NCBI GenBank assembly: GCA_029856365.1
Contig: JAHQWW010000022.1
Coordinates: 1-45,976 of the forward strand
DNA from: Candidatus Hodarchaeota archaeon
Lineage (GTDB): Archaea > Asgardarchaeota > Heimdallarchaeia > Hodarchaeales > Hodarchaeaceae
DNA length: 45,976 bases
Direction: 5' to 3'
Position numbers and translations under genes: made by a program. Under the pieces are notes generated by a model, which was given only the letters and a program-made list of their open reading frames with translations, made no database searches and was not told the DNA's origin. Position 1 is the stretch's first letter. Each line of letters begins with the position of its first letter. This document shows, one piece after another, positions 9,266-18,138 of the stretch.

Positions 9266-10060
9266 CTAAATGGATGTACCTTCTTCTAAAGCGTATAGTG
9301 CTGCACCTAAGGCTACAAATAACTGAGGAAAAGGTGGTACAAAAACAGATCTACCTAATTCTTCTTCAAAAATCTCAACAATAGTGGGGTTGTGAGCTAT
9401 TACCCCTCCAGTCAAAACTACTTCATTTTCAAGGACATCAATCTCCATAACACGTTTAACAACAGAATGGAAAGCACCTCGAACCATATCTTCAAGCGCC
9501 GCACCTTCCCTGATACGACTCAGAATCTCAGTTGCTGCAAACACAGTACAATAGCTGCTGATTGAATTAGGATTTGAAGATTCACTTGCCAAGCTATTAA
9601 GATCGGTTGGTTGAACCCTTAATTTTAGCGCGAGTTCCTCTAAAAACATTCCAGTGCCAGCAGCGCATTTACGGTTCATTTTGAAACTGATACGCTTCCC
9701 ATCTCGCGTTTTGATGATTTTAGTATCTTGGCCACCAATATCAATAATGGAAAGTGCTTTATTTGGATAATAAAACTGCGCAGCTTTCGCGTTACAACTA
9801 ATCTCGGTAATTGCAGATATATTCTGGTTATCAATCACTACATTCTTTCTTCCAAATCCAGTTGCAACTATTCTTTTTATCCTAGAATCTAGATTATTGT
9901 GTTGTAGAGCTGTATGTAAGCCGTGTTCAGCAGCAATACGTAAGTTTGTTCCAGAAAAACGAATATCTGACCCATAGATATTTTTTGCTGGATCTAATAA
10001 AACCACTTTAGTGAATGATGAACCAACATCTATTCCAGCAAACAGAGAATTATGAGACAA
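9266..10060 (-). CDS. 2-hydroxyacyl-CoA dehydratase activase (HgdC/HadI-like ATPase)
   Basis: GIDVGSSFTK, ATGFGR, DIGGQDTK, MNRKCAAGTG and SSYCTVFA. Confidence 0.9.
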   Translation of the reverse strand: MSHNSLFAGIDVGSSFTKVVLLDPAKNIYGSDIRFSGTNLRIAAEHGLHTALQHNNLDSRIKRIVATGFGRKNVVIDNQNISAITEISCNAKAAQFYYPNKALSIIDIGGQDTKIIKTRDGKRISFKMNRKCAAGTGMFLEELALKLRVQPTDLNSLASESSNPNSISSYCTVFAATEILSRIREGAALEDMVRGAFHSVVKRVMEIDVLENEVVLTGGVIAHNPTIVEIFEEELGRSVFVPPFPQLFVALGAALYALEEGTSI

Positions 10061-10160
10061 ATTCTTTTCTCCATTTCAATATGTATCACTGTTGATAATT
10101 AGGATATTTCTAGTGAATCTTATAAATTCTCTGTCGAGCTAGATTATATAGGCCTTTCTA

Positions 10161-11387
10161 TCAAATACCAGCTAGCTGTTCAATGAATGCTTCAATGTTT
10201 GTCTTAGTCTGTTCTTCGCTATAAACATTCAAGTCATTAAGATCAGCATCGATCACTAAATTTGGCACTTCTGTTTGTTCTTCAATACGTTTGGGCATAC
10301 CATAACTTGTGTTCGAATTATAAGGACAGGTACGAGCATTATGAAAGATTATGCCATCAATTTGATATTTTTTAGTCATTTCTTGTAAATACTTCTCTTT
10401 ACTTGATTCTGATCGATTGATGAACAATCCTGTGTACGCTTTGGCCATGCTTGAGAAAGGTACTTGAGGATTTAAATCACTAAATATCCAGCTATTGCAG
10501 TAGGTCGAAGCTACTACACACGCTCGTAATTCTAGGAATTGTTCTGAATTTACTCTTAATTTTCCCCATATAGGCATTCCATCCCAATATAAGCGATATT
10601 TCTCATTCTCTACCGCTGCGACTCCATTCTCTACTCGCTCTTCTAGTTCTTGAGATAATAACCGATAATAGTCCACTGAAATTTGTTCCCCTCTCAATAC
10701 AACAGCTGGAAGCATATGAATGCATCCATCAAAGAATGTGAAAGGTGAAGGAACTACTATTGCTGTTTCCAAAACCTCAGTCCATAAATTAGATGTTTCC
10801 AGAGAAAGGTGAACAGTTTCTTCTAGTTTCTTTTTCTCAAAGTCATTTCCAGAGATTTTTTCTAATGAATCAGACATTTGTTTTAATTGTTCTTCTACAT
10901 AATTAATGTGACTCTGATTGATCTCCTCAATGTTTTTCGGTGAATGAATCCCTAATAATGGTACATTAAAAGTTCGAGCATAGAACGCAAACCATTCTTG
11001 TATATCTCTACATTGATTGGTATTATATACGAGTACATCAGGTTTGGGTACTTCTTCTACCCTATAAGCCTTAGTCAATGGTGTTTCTTTCATTAAAAAA
11101 GCGCCAATGTCACTTGTAAGGTATGAACAGATTTCTGGAGAATACCCCTGTGCTACAGCCACTGGTATATATTTATTAGCGATACGACTAGAACCAAGCA
11201 TGGCTGTATGATTTTCTGGATAATATACTTTAAAATCAAAGGCTAATAAGAGCTCTGCGGGTCCAACACTAGAACACCAAGCCACTTTTTGAAAAGGATC
11301 TTTCGATGCGCGATCTAATTTCTGGTAGTAATCAGTGGCGACATTCCTCAGTTCTTCTACAGCATGAATGGGCTTCCGTTTACTCAA
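10161..11387 (-). CDS. 2-hydroxyacyl-CoA dehydratase family subunit (HgdA/B, BcrB/C-like)
   Basis: YPENH, GYSPEICSY, NQC, DGIIFH..TC, IDADLND and EQTKTNIEAFIE. Adjacent to the activase. Confidence 0.88.
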   Translation of the reverse strand: MSKRKPIHAVEELRNVATDYYQKLDRASKDPFQKVAWCSSVGPAELLLAFDFKVYYPENHTAMLGSSRIANKYIPVAVAQGYSPEICSYLTSDIGAFLMKETPLTKAYRVEEVPKPDVLVYNTNQCRDIQEWFAFYARTFNVPLLGIHSPKNIEEINQSHINYVEEQLKQMSDSLEKISGNDFEKKKLEETVHLSLETSNLWTEVLETAIVVPSPFTFFDGCIHMLPAVVLRGEQISVDYYRLLSQELEERVENGVAAVENEKYRLYWDGMPIWGKLRVNSEQFLELRACVVASTYCNSWIFSDLNPQVPFSSMAKAYTGLFINRSESSKEKYLQEMTKKYQIDGIIFHNARTCPYNSNTSYGMPKRIEEQTEVPNLVIDADLNDLNVYSEEQTKTNIEAFIEQLAGI

Positions 11388-11409
11388 TTGAATTTTCCAA
11401 TCCTTTTAC

Positions 11410-12876
11410 TTATGACATTAATGGTTGCCTGAGTTGTTGCCCGAAAAGGAGAATATCATCAACCTTCATCGTTTGAATTAGGTTTGTTGCTGCTGGAAAA
11501 CCTAAGAGACTACCGCCAATGATAAGTACCTGATCTTCAGGGTTCAGTAGGCCTCTCTCGTTTGCTTCTTTAGCTAACAAGTATTTTAGTTTGTTCGATG
11601 AATTCGTTACTTCAACTTGTATTGGGCATACACCCCAAACTAGACTTAATTGGCGCTTGGTTGATGGATAGGGAGTACCTGCTATAATAGGAGTTTTTGG
11701 TCTATATTTTGCTACAAGTCTTGCCGTTGAACCTCTTCTTGTATTTGTAAGAATGGCTTTGATATTCAAATGTTCTTCTTTACTTATTATATAGACTCCC
11801 CGCCCAAATACTTCGGTTATTGAAGGTTGTTTGATACCATAACCGATTGGACGCATAAATCCATGATCTTCTGCAGCTTTAGCTATTTTCTCCATATATT
11901 TAACAGCTTCAACTGGAAATTTTCCTACAGCAGTTTCTCCAGATAACATGACCGCGTCAGCTCCATCCAGAATCGCATTGCTCACATCTGATGCTTCAGC
12001 TCGGGTGGGACGAGGATTATTAATCATTGAATCTAACATCTGAGTTGCTACAATAACGGGTTTACCAACGCGATTACATTTAGAAATCAGATCCTTTTGA
12101 ACAATAGGCACCTGCTCTGTGGGTATTTCTATCCCTAGATCTCCTCGTGCAACCATAATAGCATCTGACACTTCTAAAATTTCATCAAAATTCTTTAAGG
12201 CATCACGATGTTCAATTTTACTAATAATTCCAATAGGAGAATGTGCTTCGTCTAATAGCTTACGTATTTTTAGAAGATCCTCTTTTCTACGAACAAAAGA
12301 CGCTGCTAGAAAATCAATTTCAAGCTTTCTCATGACATATTTCACGTCTTGTAAATCTTTTTCAAGAGGAAAATACAATGATAGAGGTACATCTGGAGCA
12401 TTTATTCCCTTTCTTGATTTTAAAGGACCTCCATTCAAAACTTTGCAAATTAACTCAGATCCAGCTTTTTCAACTATTCTCAGAAGAAGTAATCCGTCAT
12501 CAATGGCAAGATGATTTCCAACTTCCGCATCTGCCACAAGAGGGGGGTAATTTGTGGAACAAGTTTCTGAATTGCCTTCTAACCCTATTTCTGAGGTAAT
12601 TCTGAACTCTTGCCCTGTTTTAATTATTGTTCCTTCTTCTACTTCCCCAGTGCGTATTTTTGGGCCACATAAATCAACCAAGACAGCTAGATCATCGCTA
12701 ATATCTTTAATGAGTTCAAAACGAGCTTTATGATCTACATAAGCCCCATGACTGAAATTGAGGCGACAAACGTCCATTCCTGCTTTAACTAACTTTTTAA
12801 ATACAGAAGGATCCTCTGATGCTGGTCCAATTGTACAAACAATTTTTGTCTTTGTAATCACTCTTCTAAACCCCAT
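11410..12876 (-). CDS. pyk: Pyruvate kinase
   Basis: KTKIVCTIGPAS, RLNFSHG, SKIE, MVARGDLG, ATQMLDSM, PTRAEASDV and MLSGETAVG. Confidence 0.97.
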   Translation of the reverse strand: MGFRRVITKTKIVCTIGPASEDPSVFKKLVKAGMDVCRLNFSHGAYVDHKARFELIKDISDDLAVLVDLCGPKIRTGEVEEGTIIKTGQEFRITSEIGLEGNSETCSTNYPPLVADAEVGNHLAIDDGLLLLRIVEKAGSELICKVLNGGPLKSRKGINAPDVPLSLYFPLEKDLQDVKYVMRKLEIDFLAASFVRRKEDLLKIRKLLDEAHSPIGIISKIEHRDALKNFDEILEVSDAIMVARGDLGIEIPTEQVPIVQKDLISKCNRVGKPVIVATQMLDSMINNPRPTRAEASDVSNAILDGADAVMLSGETAVGKFPVEAVKYMEKIAKAAEDHGFMRPIGYGIKQPSITEVFGRGVYIISKEEHLNIKAILTNTRRGSTARLVAKYRPKTPIIAGTPYPSTKRQLSLVWGVCPIQVEVTNSSNKLKYLLAKEANERGLLNPEDQVLIIGGSLLGFPAATNLIQTMKVDDILLFGQQLRQPLMS

Positions 12877-13033
12877 AACTTGGTGTTCTATCTTGAAACT
12901 AACTATTCATAATTATGACAATATGGTCCTTTTCTTTTTTTTTCTTTTTAAAATATTATCGACTTTTAATGATTATGATAATTTTAATCGCTTTATTTGC
13001 CTTTTATCAACGAAAATTACGAGTTCTTTATTG

Positions 13034-13564
13034 TTAACGATTATTAAGGAGCTTTAAGCTATTGTGATAACGTTTAGGCAACGTTTGATAAAGTTTGGTT
13101 GCGTTTATGCTATATTTTTTTTGATTGTCTGTAACTTTCCCTATAATTTTTCCTGGAACACCGAGTACAAGACTATTGGGTTCAACAACTTTGTTTTGGG
13201 GAACAATACAACCACTACCGATTATACAACCGTTTCCAATCTTGACCCAATTCATTATTACCGCATTTTTACCTACTAATACATGTTTTCCTAATTCTGC
13301 TTGATGTACTATAGCACCGTGCCCAATATGACAATCTTCACCTAAAATTGTCCCTTCATCAGGGATTGAGTGAATAACACAGTTATCCTGAATATTGGAA
13401 CCGTCCCTAATTTTAATGTATCCCCAGTCTCCACGTAAAACAGCATTGGGGCCAATGAAGCAATTCTCCCCAATAGTTACAGCACCGATAACTTCCGCAG
13501 AAGGGAATAAAAACGCGGTTTTTGCAATTTTGGGCTGTTTTCCTTCGAATTCATATAGAGCCAT
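13034..13564 (-). CDS. Gamma-carbonic-anhydrase family hexapeptide-repeat protein
   Basis: AVLRGD, SNIQDNCVIH, IGHGAIVH and GVPGK. ATG at 13564 preferred over the upstream GTG at 13576. Confidence 0.9.
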   Translation of the reverse strand: MALYEFEGKQPKIAKTAFLFPSAEVIGAVTIGENCFIGPNAVLRGDWGYIKIRDGSNIQDNCVIHSIPDEGTILGEDCHIGHGAIVHQAELGKHVLVGKNAVIMNWVKIGNGCIIGSGCIVPQNKVVEPNSLVLGVPGKIIGKVTDNQKKYSINATKLYQTLPKRYHNSLKLLNNR

Positions 13565-13721
13565 TTTTTTTTCCACTCAATTTAAACAGAATATATCAGG
13601 TTCTTAGAAATGATTAGAAAATAATTAAATTTCTGCTGAAACCTGATGATTTATGCAAAAATATTTGAACATTTATGTTAAGACGCTTGTTACAACTCAG
13701 AATCATTTGTAGGGAAAAATC

Positions 13722-14489
13722 ATGTTTAAAAATCTAACTTATGAAGTGACTGAAGGAATTGCTATTATTACCTTTACTCGAGAGAAGGCCCTTAATGCTC
13801 TCAATACAGAGACTATAAAAGAATTAAATCAAGCTATTGAAAAGGTAAAGACCGAAAATGTTCGTGTTCTAGTTTTCAAAGGATCAGGAAGAGCCTTTAT
13901 TGCTGGTGCTGACATAAATGAATTTCGAGGAAAAACAGCTGCTCAAATTAAATCATTTTCATTAAGATTGCAGAGAGCTTTAAACAATATTGAGCTCCTT
14001 GAGATTCCTGTGATCGCATCCATCAATGGGTTTTGCTTAGGAGGAGGTTGTGAATTAGCCATGGCATGTGACTTAAGAATTGCTTCAACCAAGGCACTTT
14101 TTGGTCAGCCTGAGATAAAGTTGGGCATTATTCCAGGTGCAGGTGGAACACAACGCCTCCCACGATTAGTTGGTAAGACTGTGGCTAAAGAAATGATTTT
14201 TCTTGGAGACAACATTGATTCTGATAGAGCTTTCGCCATTGGCCTTGTCAATGAAGTAGTTAGCCCTGAGGATCTAGATACAACAGTGACTAAACTAGCT
14301 CAAAAACTAGCTCGCGGTCCAAGTTTTGCCTTATCACAGGCAAAGGAAGCTATCGATCGTGGAATAGAAATAGCTTTGCTTGATGCCATACAAATGGAAG
14401 CAAATATTTTCTCACTTTGTTTTTCTCATGAGGATATGGAAGAAGGAGTTTCAGCGTTCTTGGAGAAAAGAAAAGCTCAATTCAAATAA
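13722..14489 (+). CDS. Enoyl-CoA hydratase (crotonase family)
   Basis: AFIAGADI, GFCLGGGCELAMACD and GQPEIKLGIIPGAGGTQRL, with both catalytic Glu present. Confidence 0.93.
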   Translation: MFKNLTYEVTEGIAIITFTREKALNALNTETIKELNQAIEKVKTENVRVLVFKGSGRAFIAGADINEFRGKTAAQIKSFSLRLQRALNNIELLEIPVIASINGFCLGGGCELAMACDLRIASTKALFGQPEIKLGIIPGAGGTQRLPRLVGKTVAKEMIFLGDNIDSDRAFAIGLVNEVVSPEDLDTTVTKLAQKLARGPSFALSQAKEAIDRGIEIALLDAIQMEANIFSLCFSHEDMEEGVSAFLEKRKAQFK

Positions 14490-14507
14490 TCTCATTTTCT
14501 TTTTTCT

Positions 14508-15296
14508 TTATAAAAGGGATTTAACAAGACCTCCATCGATCTGAATAGCTGTTCCTGTTAAGTGACTGGCTCTTTCAGACGCGAGGAATACAACCACATT
14601 TGCAAATTCTTCGGGGGTTGCTATCCGTCCTAAAACATTCAATTTTGCCCATTTTTGGATCATTTCTTCTGGTTTTAACCCCTGTTCAGCTGATAAATCT
14701 AAAGCAAGTTGATTAACTCGTTGTGTTTGCGTATATCCAGGGCAAACTATATTCACGAGTATATTATTTTTTCCAAATTCGTTACTTAAACTCTTTGCTA
14801 ATCCAGCAACCCCCGCTCGAGCAACGTTTGAAAGAATAAGTCCTTCTATAGGTTGTTTTACAGAGACACTAGTAATCATGATAATTCGGCCAAGGTTTTG
14901 GTTTACCATGTATGGAATAACCTCTTTGCATAAATAAATCGTACTCATAAGGTTTAAGTCAATTGCCAAATTCCAATCCTCTATTGAAAAATCCAAAAAT
15001 CCCCCTGATGGAGGACCTCCACAATTAGTAACCAAGATGTCAATCTTCCCGAAATGTTTAATACTCTTAGAAACTAGGTTTTTTACTTGTGAATAATTCG
15101 TGAGGTCTGTAGGAATAGCAAGACATCTTCCATTCATTTTTTGAATTTCTTGGTATACCAATTTTAGTTTATCTGAGTCTCTTGAACAGATAATAATATT
15201 AGCACCCTCTTCTGCTAATCCTATGGCAACAGCTTTTCCCAATCCTGTACTGGAAGCAGCTACTAGAGCAACTTTTTCATTTAGCTCAAAATCCAT
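14508..15296 (-). CDS. Short-chain dehydrogenase/reductase (atypical BKR-like SDR)
   Basis: AASSTGLG, NCGGP, SNVAR in place of YxxxK, and IDGG. ATG at 15296 has a GAGGA SD; the ORF track extends to TTG 15335. Confidence 0.88.
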   Translation of the reverse strand: MDFELNEKVALVAASSTGLGKAVAIGLAEEGANIIICSRDSDKLKLVYQEIQKMNGRCLAIPTDLTNYSQVKNLVSKSIKHFGKIDILVTNCGGPPSGGFLDFSIEDWNLAIDLNLMSTIYLCKEVIPYMVNQNLGRIIMITSVSVKQPIEGLILSNVARAGVAGLAKSLSNEFGKNNILVNIVCPGYTQTQRVNQLALDLSAEQGLKPEEMIQKWAKLNVLGRIATPEEFANVVVFLASERASHLTGTAIQIDGGLVKSLL

Positions 15297-15404
15297 TCTT
15301 ATTCCTCTGTTTGGGGGGTTAAGTGTACTTTGCAAAATTTATTCTGAAATTTTTGGGTGCTTATATAATATAACTCTGAGAGTGTATAGTGAAAGTGAGA
15401 CAAG

Positions 15405-16016
15405 ATGAATCAGAAGAAAAATAAACTCAAACAACAATCGATTCATGATTACTTAGAGTTAGGCCATCGGATCTGGTTTTTGGAGTTTGAAATTGGCGAT
15501 TTTGGAGTGTCAATTGCCAATCTTTTGGAACTTCCACAGGAAATATATGATTCAAGAAAAAAATCCTTTTTTTGGGTATTTATGAAATCATTTCTCCAAG
15601 ACTGTGAAATTAGCTTCATATTTCGAAAATGGAATCCAATAGACCCAAATTTTGATACAATCGACCTCGCACTCATTGGTTCTTGGGAAACTAAAAAATT
15701 GGCCATTCCATTGTGGATTTGGAAAGATCTGCTTCTAGGTTTTGAAGTCATTCCAGCTGATTGCTTTCAAATTCTTGATTCAGAGACCTTAATTTGGAGT
15801 CAAAATATTAGTATGTCTATAGAGCAGAGTAATTCCTCTAGGAATACTACATCAAGCCAAATCGTGTTCACTGATGATTTTTTCCAAGGTCAAAAGATTT
15901 ATTTTAAACTTGAAAAAAATCATATTAAAATAACCCGTTATTTCAATAAAGTAGAGTTTTTTGATCGAATCGCACGAACTAAAATTCCAGAAATCGATGA
16001 ATCTGATTATAAGTAA
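15405..16016 (+). CDS. Hypothetical protein
   Basis: 203-aa ORF with ATG and AGTGAG SD, filling the gap between flanking genes. No motif recognised. Confidence 0.6.
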   Translation: MNQKKNKLKQQSIHDYLELGHRIWFLEFEIGDFGVSIANLLELPQEIYDSRKKSFFWVFMKSFLQDCEISFIFRKWNPIDPNFDTIDLALIGSWETKKLAIPLWIWKDLLLGFEVIPADCFQILDSETLIWSQNISMSIEQSNSSRNTTSSQIVFTDDFFQGQKIYFKLEKNHIKITRYFNKVEFFDRIARTKIPEIDESDYK

Positions 16017-16051
16017 TTTTCCCCTAATCTAATAGGGCACCGTTTCCATAT

Positions 16052-16546
16052 TTAATCTAATATAAGAGTGAGTGCTGTAGAGATTCGAGCGTTCTCTTTA
16101 ATTCGTACACCTTGACTATTAACACTTAACAATCCTTGGATTGATTGAGAATTCTTAGAAGGATCAACGATAAAAGAAGGATGGAAACATCCTGTGCTAA
16201 GAAGACGCTTATGAGGATAAACAATAGCTAGGCATTCATTTTCAGAGAAATTCTCATTATACTCTACAATATACATTCCGGTTGAAAGCGTCCACCATCC
16301 ATACTTTGGATCATCTTCGATTTTTGGTCGTAGAGGTTCCAGATCAACAGGTTGATATTCACTTCCTCCAAAATCTAGTGCACCTTGCTTTTCGAAAGTA
16401 TAAATTGTTTTTACTGTAAGATCAAGAGAAACACCTTCCAATTGCTTAGGAGCATAGATAAAGTTTTTCCAAATTTCTTCTAACTCTTTACTTTTTAAGA
16501 ATCGCACTATCATCCACTCATTGAAAAGTAAATATTTCATAATCAT
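16052..16546 (-). CDS. dCTP deaminase/dUTPase-fold protein (divergent archaeal type)
   Basis: SLDLTV..IY...G.LDFGGSEY, YGWWTL..G.YIVEYNE and GVRIKENARIST. The start may be at a downstream ATG. Confidence 0.7.
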   Translation of the reverse strand: MIMKYLLFNEWMIVRFLKSKELEEIWKNFIYAPKQLEGVSLDLTVKTIYTFEKQGALDFGGSEYQPVDLEPLRPKIEDDPKYGWWTLSTGMYIVEYNENFSENECLAIVYPHKRLLSTGCFHPSFIVDPSKNSQSIQGLLSVNSQGVRIKENARISTALTLILD

Positions 16547-16667
16547 AAAAGCCTTTTTCTTTAAAGAATCTTTATATGTTGTAGCCTGGTCCTTTGGAAT
16601 GTATTTCTGCGAGAACTAAAAGTAGACTCGGGCATGTTTCGGTCAATAATCACATGGATGATGTTCA

Positions 16668-18131
16668 ATGTCTCTTAATCTAGAACCTTTTTTCAATCCA
16701 AGAGCAGTTGCTTTGGTTGGTGCAAGTGACAAGCTCTCAAGTTGGGGATTCATTGTTGCTCATAATATTGTGCAAAATAGTTATACGGGGGAATTTTTTC
16801 CTGTTCATCCCAATAAAAAGGAAATTTTAGGATACAAAGCCTATCCTTCTATTCTTGAAATCCCGAAAGATATACACCTTGATCTAGTGATTATCATCAT
16901 TCCTGCAAGATTTGTCTTATCTATCCTTGAACAGGCAAAACAGAGAGATGTTCATCATGTTGTTATTATCACAGCTGGTTTTAAGGAATCTGGAGAGGAA
17001 GGACGAAAATTGGAGGAGAAAATTACAACTTATGCTCAACAAAATGGTATCCGATTAATTGGACCGAATGGGATGGGTATTGTAAGCACACGGGTAAATT
17101 TAACTGCAGTAATGTGGCCTGTAGCTGGATTAAGACAAGGAGACATGGCTTTTATCTCTCAGTCAGGAAATATTGGCACGATTGGTCTCACTGTTGCTTC
17201 GAGACGAGGGATAGGTCTTAATGTATATGTTTCGGCTGGTAACATGGCAGATTTGGTAATGGCAGATTATTTAGAATTCTTTGGTAAGCATGATACCAGA
17301 ACCAAAGTTATTGGCCTTTATGTAGAAGGGATTCAAGATTCCCGGCGTTTTGTAAATTTAGTGAAAGAGATATCTAAAAGCAAACCAGTTATCATATTAA
17401 AAGCTGGAGGCACAGTTTCAGGTCGTCAGGCTGCTCTTTCTCACACAGGAGCTATAACTGGTGATGACCGAGTCTTTCGTAATATTCTAGAGAATGCAGG
17501 AGCAATAATTGTAGATTCTCTTGATGAAATGTTTGACCTTGTTCTTGTTTTCTCTCGATGGGCTGAAATGAGGTTTCCTAGAGGAAGAGTTGTTATTTTA
17601 ACAAGAGGTGGTGGTTGGGGGGTAATGGCAGCTGATGCATGCTCTAGACAAGGAATAAATTTAGAGCCATTAACCAAAAATGCGTATGAACGTATTGATG
17701 AAATTCTCCCGCCCTACTGGTCGAAAGGAAACCCGATTGATACAGTTGCTTCACTAAATTTGAACGACGTCAAAGAAATTATTAAAATTATCTTTGATGA
17801 GATGCCCTCAGTCGAAGCTATATTTCTCTTAGGAGTTGGAGGGATAGCTTATCTAGCAAATCTGGCAAAACAATCCCCTTTCATTCTTGATGAGCACAAA
17901 GATCAACTTAATTTTATTTCTGATCTAGAAGTAAATCTGTTTAAAGAAGTCATCAAGCTCTCTCGAAGTTACAACAAGCCTATTTTGATAACAACCTTAT
18001 TAACTGCTCACAATTCGCCATCAATACAATTTCTTGAGTCTCAAGATTATCCAATCTTCCCTAGTCCTACTAGAATGGTTCAAACTTTTCGTTATATGGT
18101 TGATTATTACCGTTGGCGACAAAGAATATAA
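16668..18131 (+). CDS. ADP-forming acyl-CoA (acetate-CoA) ligase alpha subunit
   Basis: FFNPRAVALVGAS, GPNGMG, SQSGN, SHTGAITG (phospho-His) and NPID. No ATP-grasp beta subunit in the window. Confidence 0.9.
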   Translation: MSLNLEPFFNPRAVALVGASDKLSSWGFIVAHNIVQNSYTGEFFPVHPNKKEILGYKAYPSILEIPKDIHLDLVIIIIPARFVLSILEQAKQRDVHHVVIITAGFKESGEEGRKLEEKITTYAQQNGIRLIGPNGMGIVSTRVNLTAVMWPVAGLRQGDMAFISQSGNIGTIGLTVASRRGIGLNVYVSAGNMADLVMADYLEFFGKHDTRTKVIGLYVEGIQDSRRFVNLVKEISKSKPVIILKAGGTVSGRQAALSHTGAITGDDRVFRNILENAGAIIVDSLDEMFDLVLVFSRWAEMRFPRGRVVILTRGGGWGVMAADACSRQGINLEPLTKNAYERIDEILPPYWSKGNPIDTVASLNLNDVKEIIKIIFDEMPSVEAIFLLGVGGIAYLANLAKQSPFILDEHKDQLNFISDLEVNLFKEVIKLSRSYNKPILITTLLTAHNSPSIQFLESQDYPIFPSPTRMVQTFRYMVDYYRWRQRI

Positions 18132-18138
18132 CTGTGAT

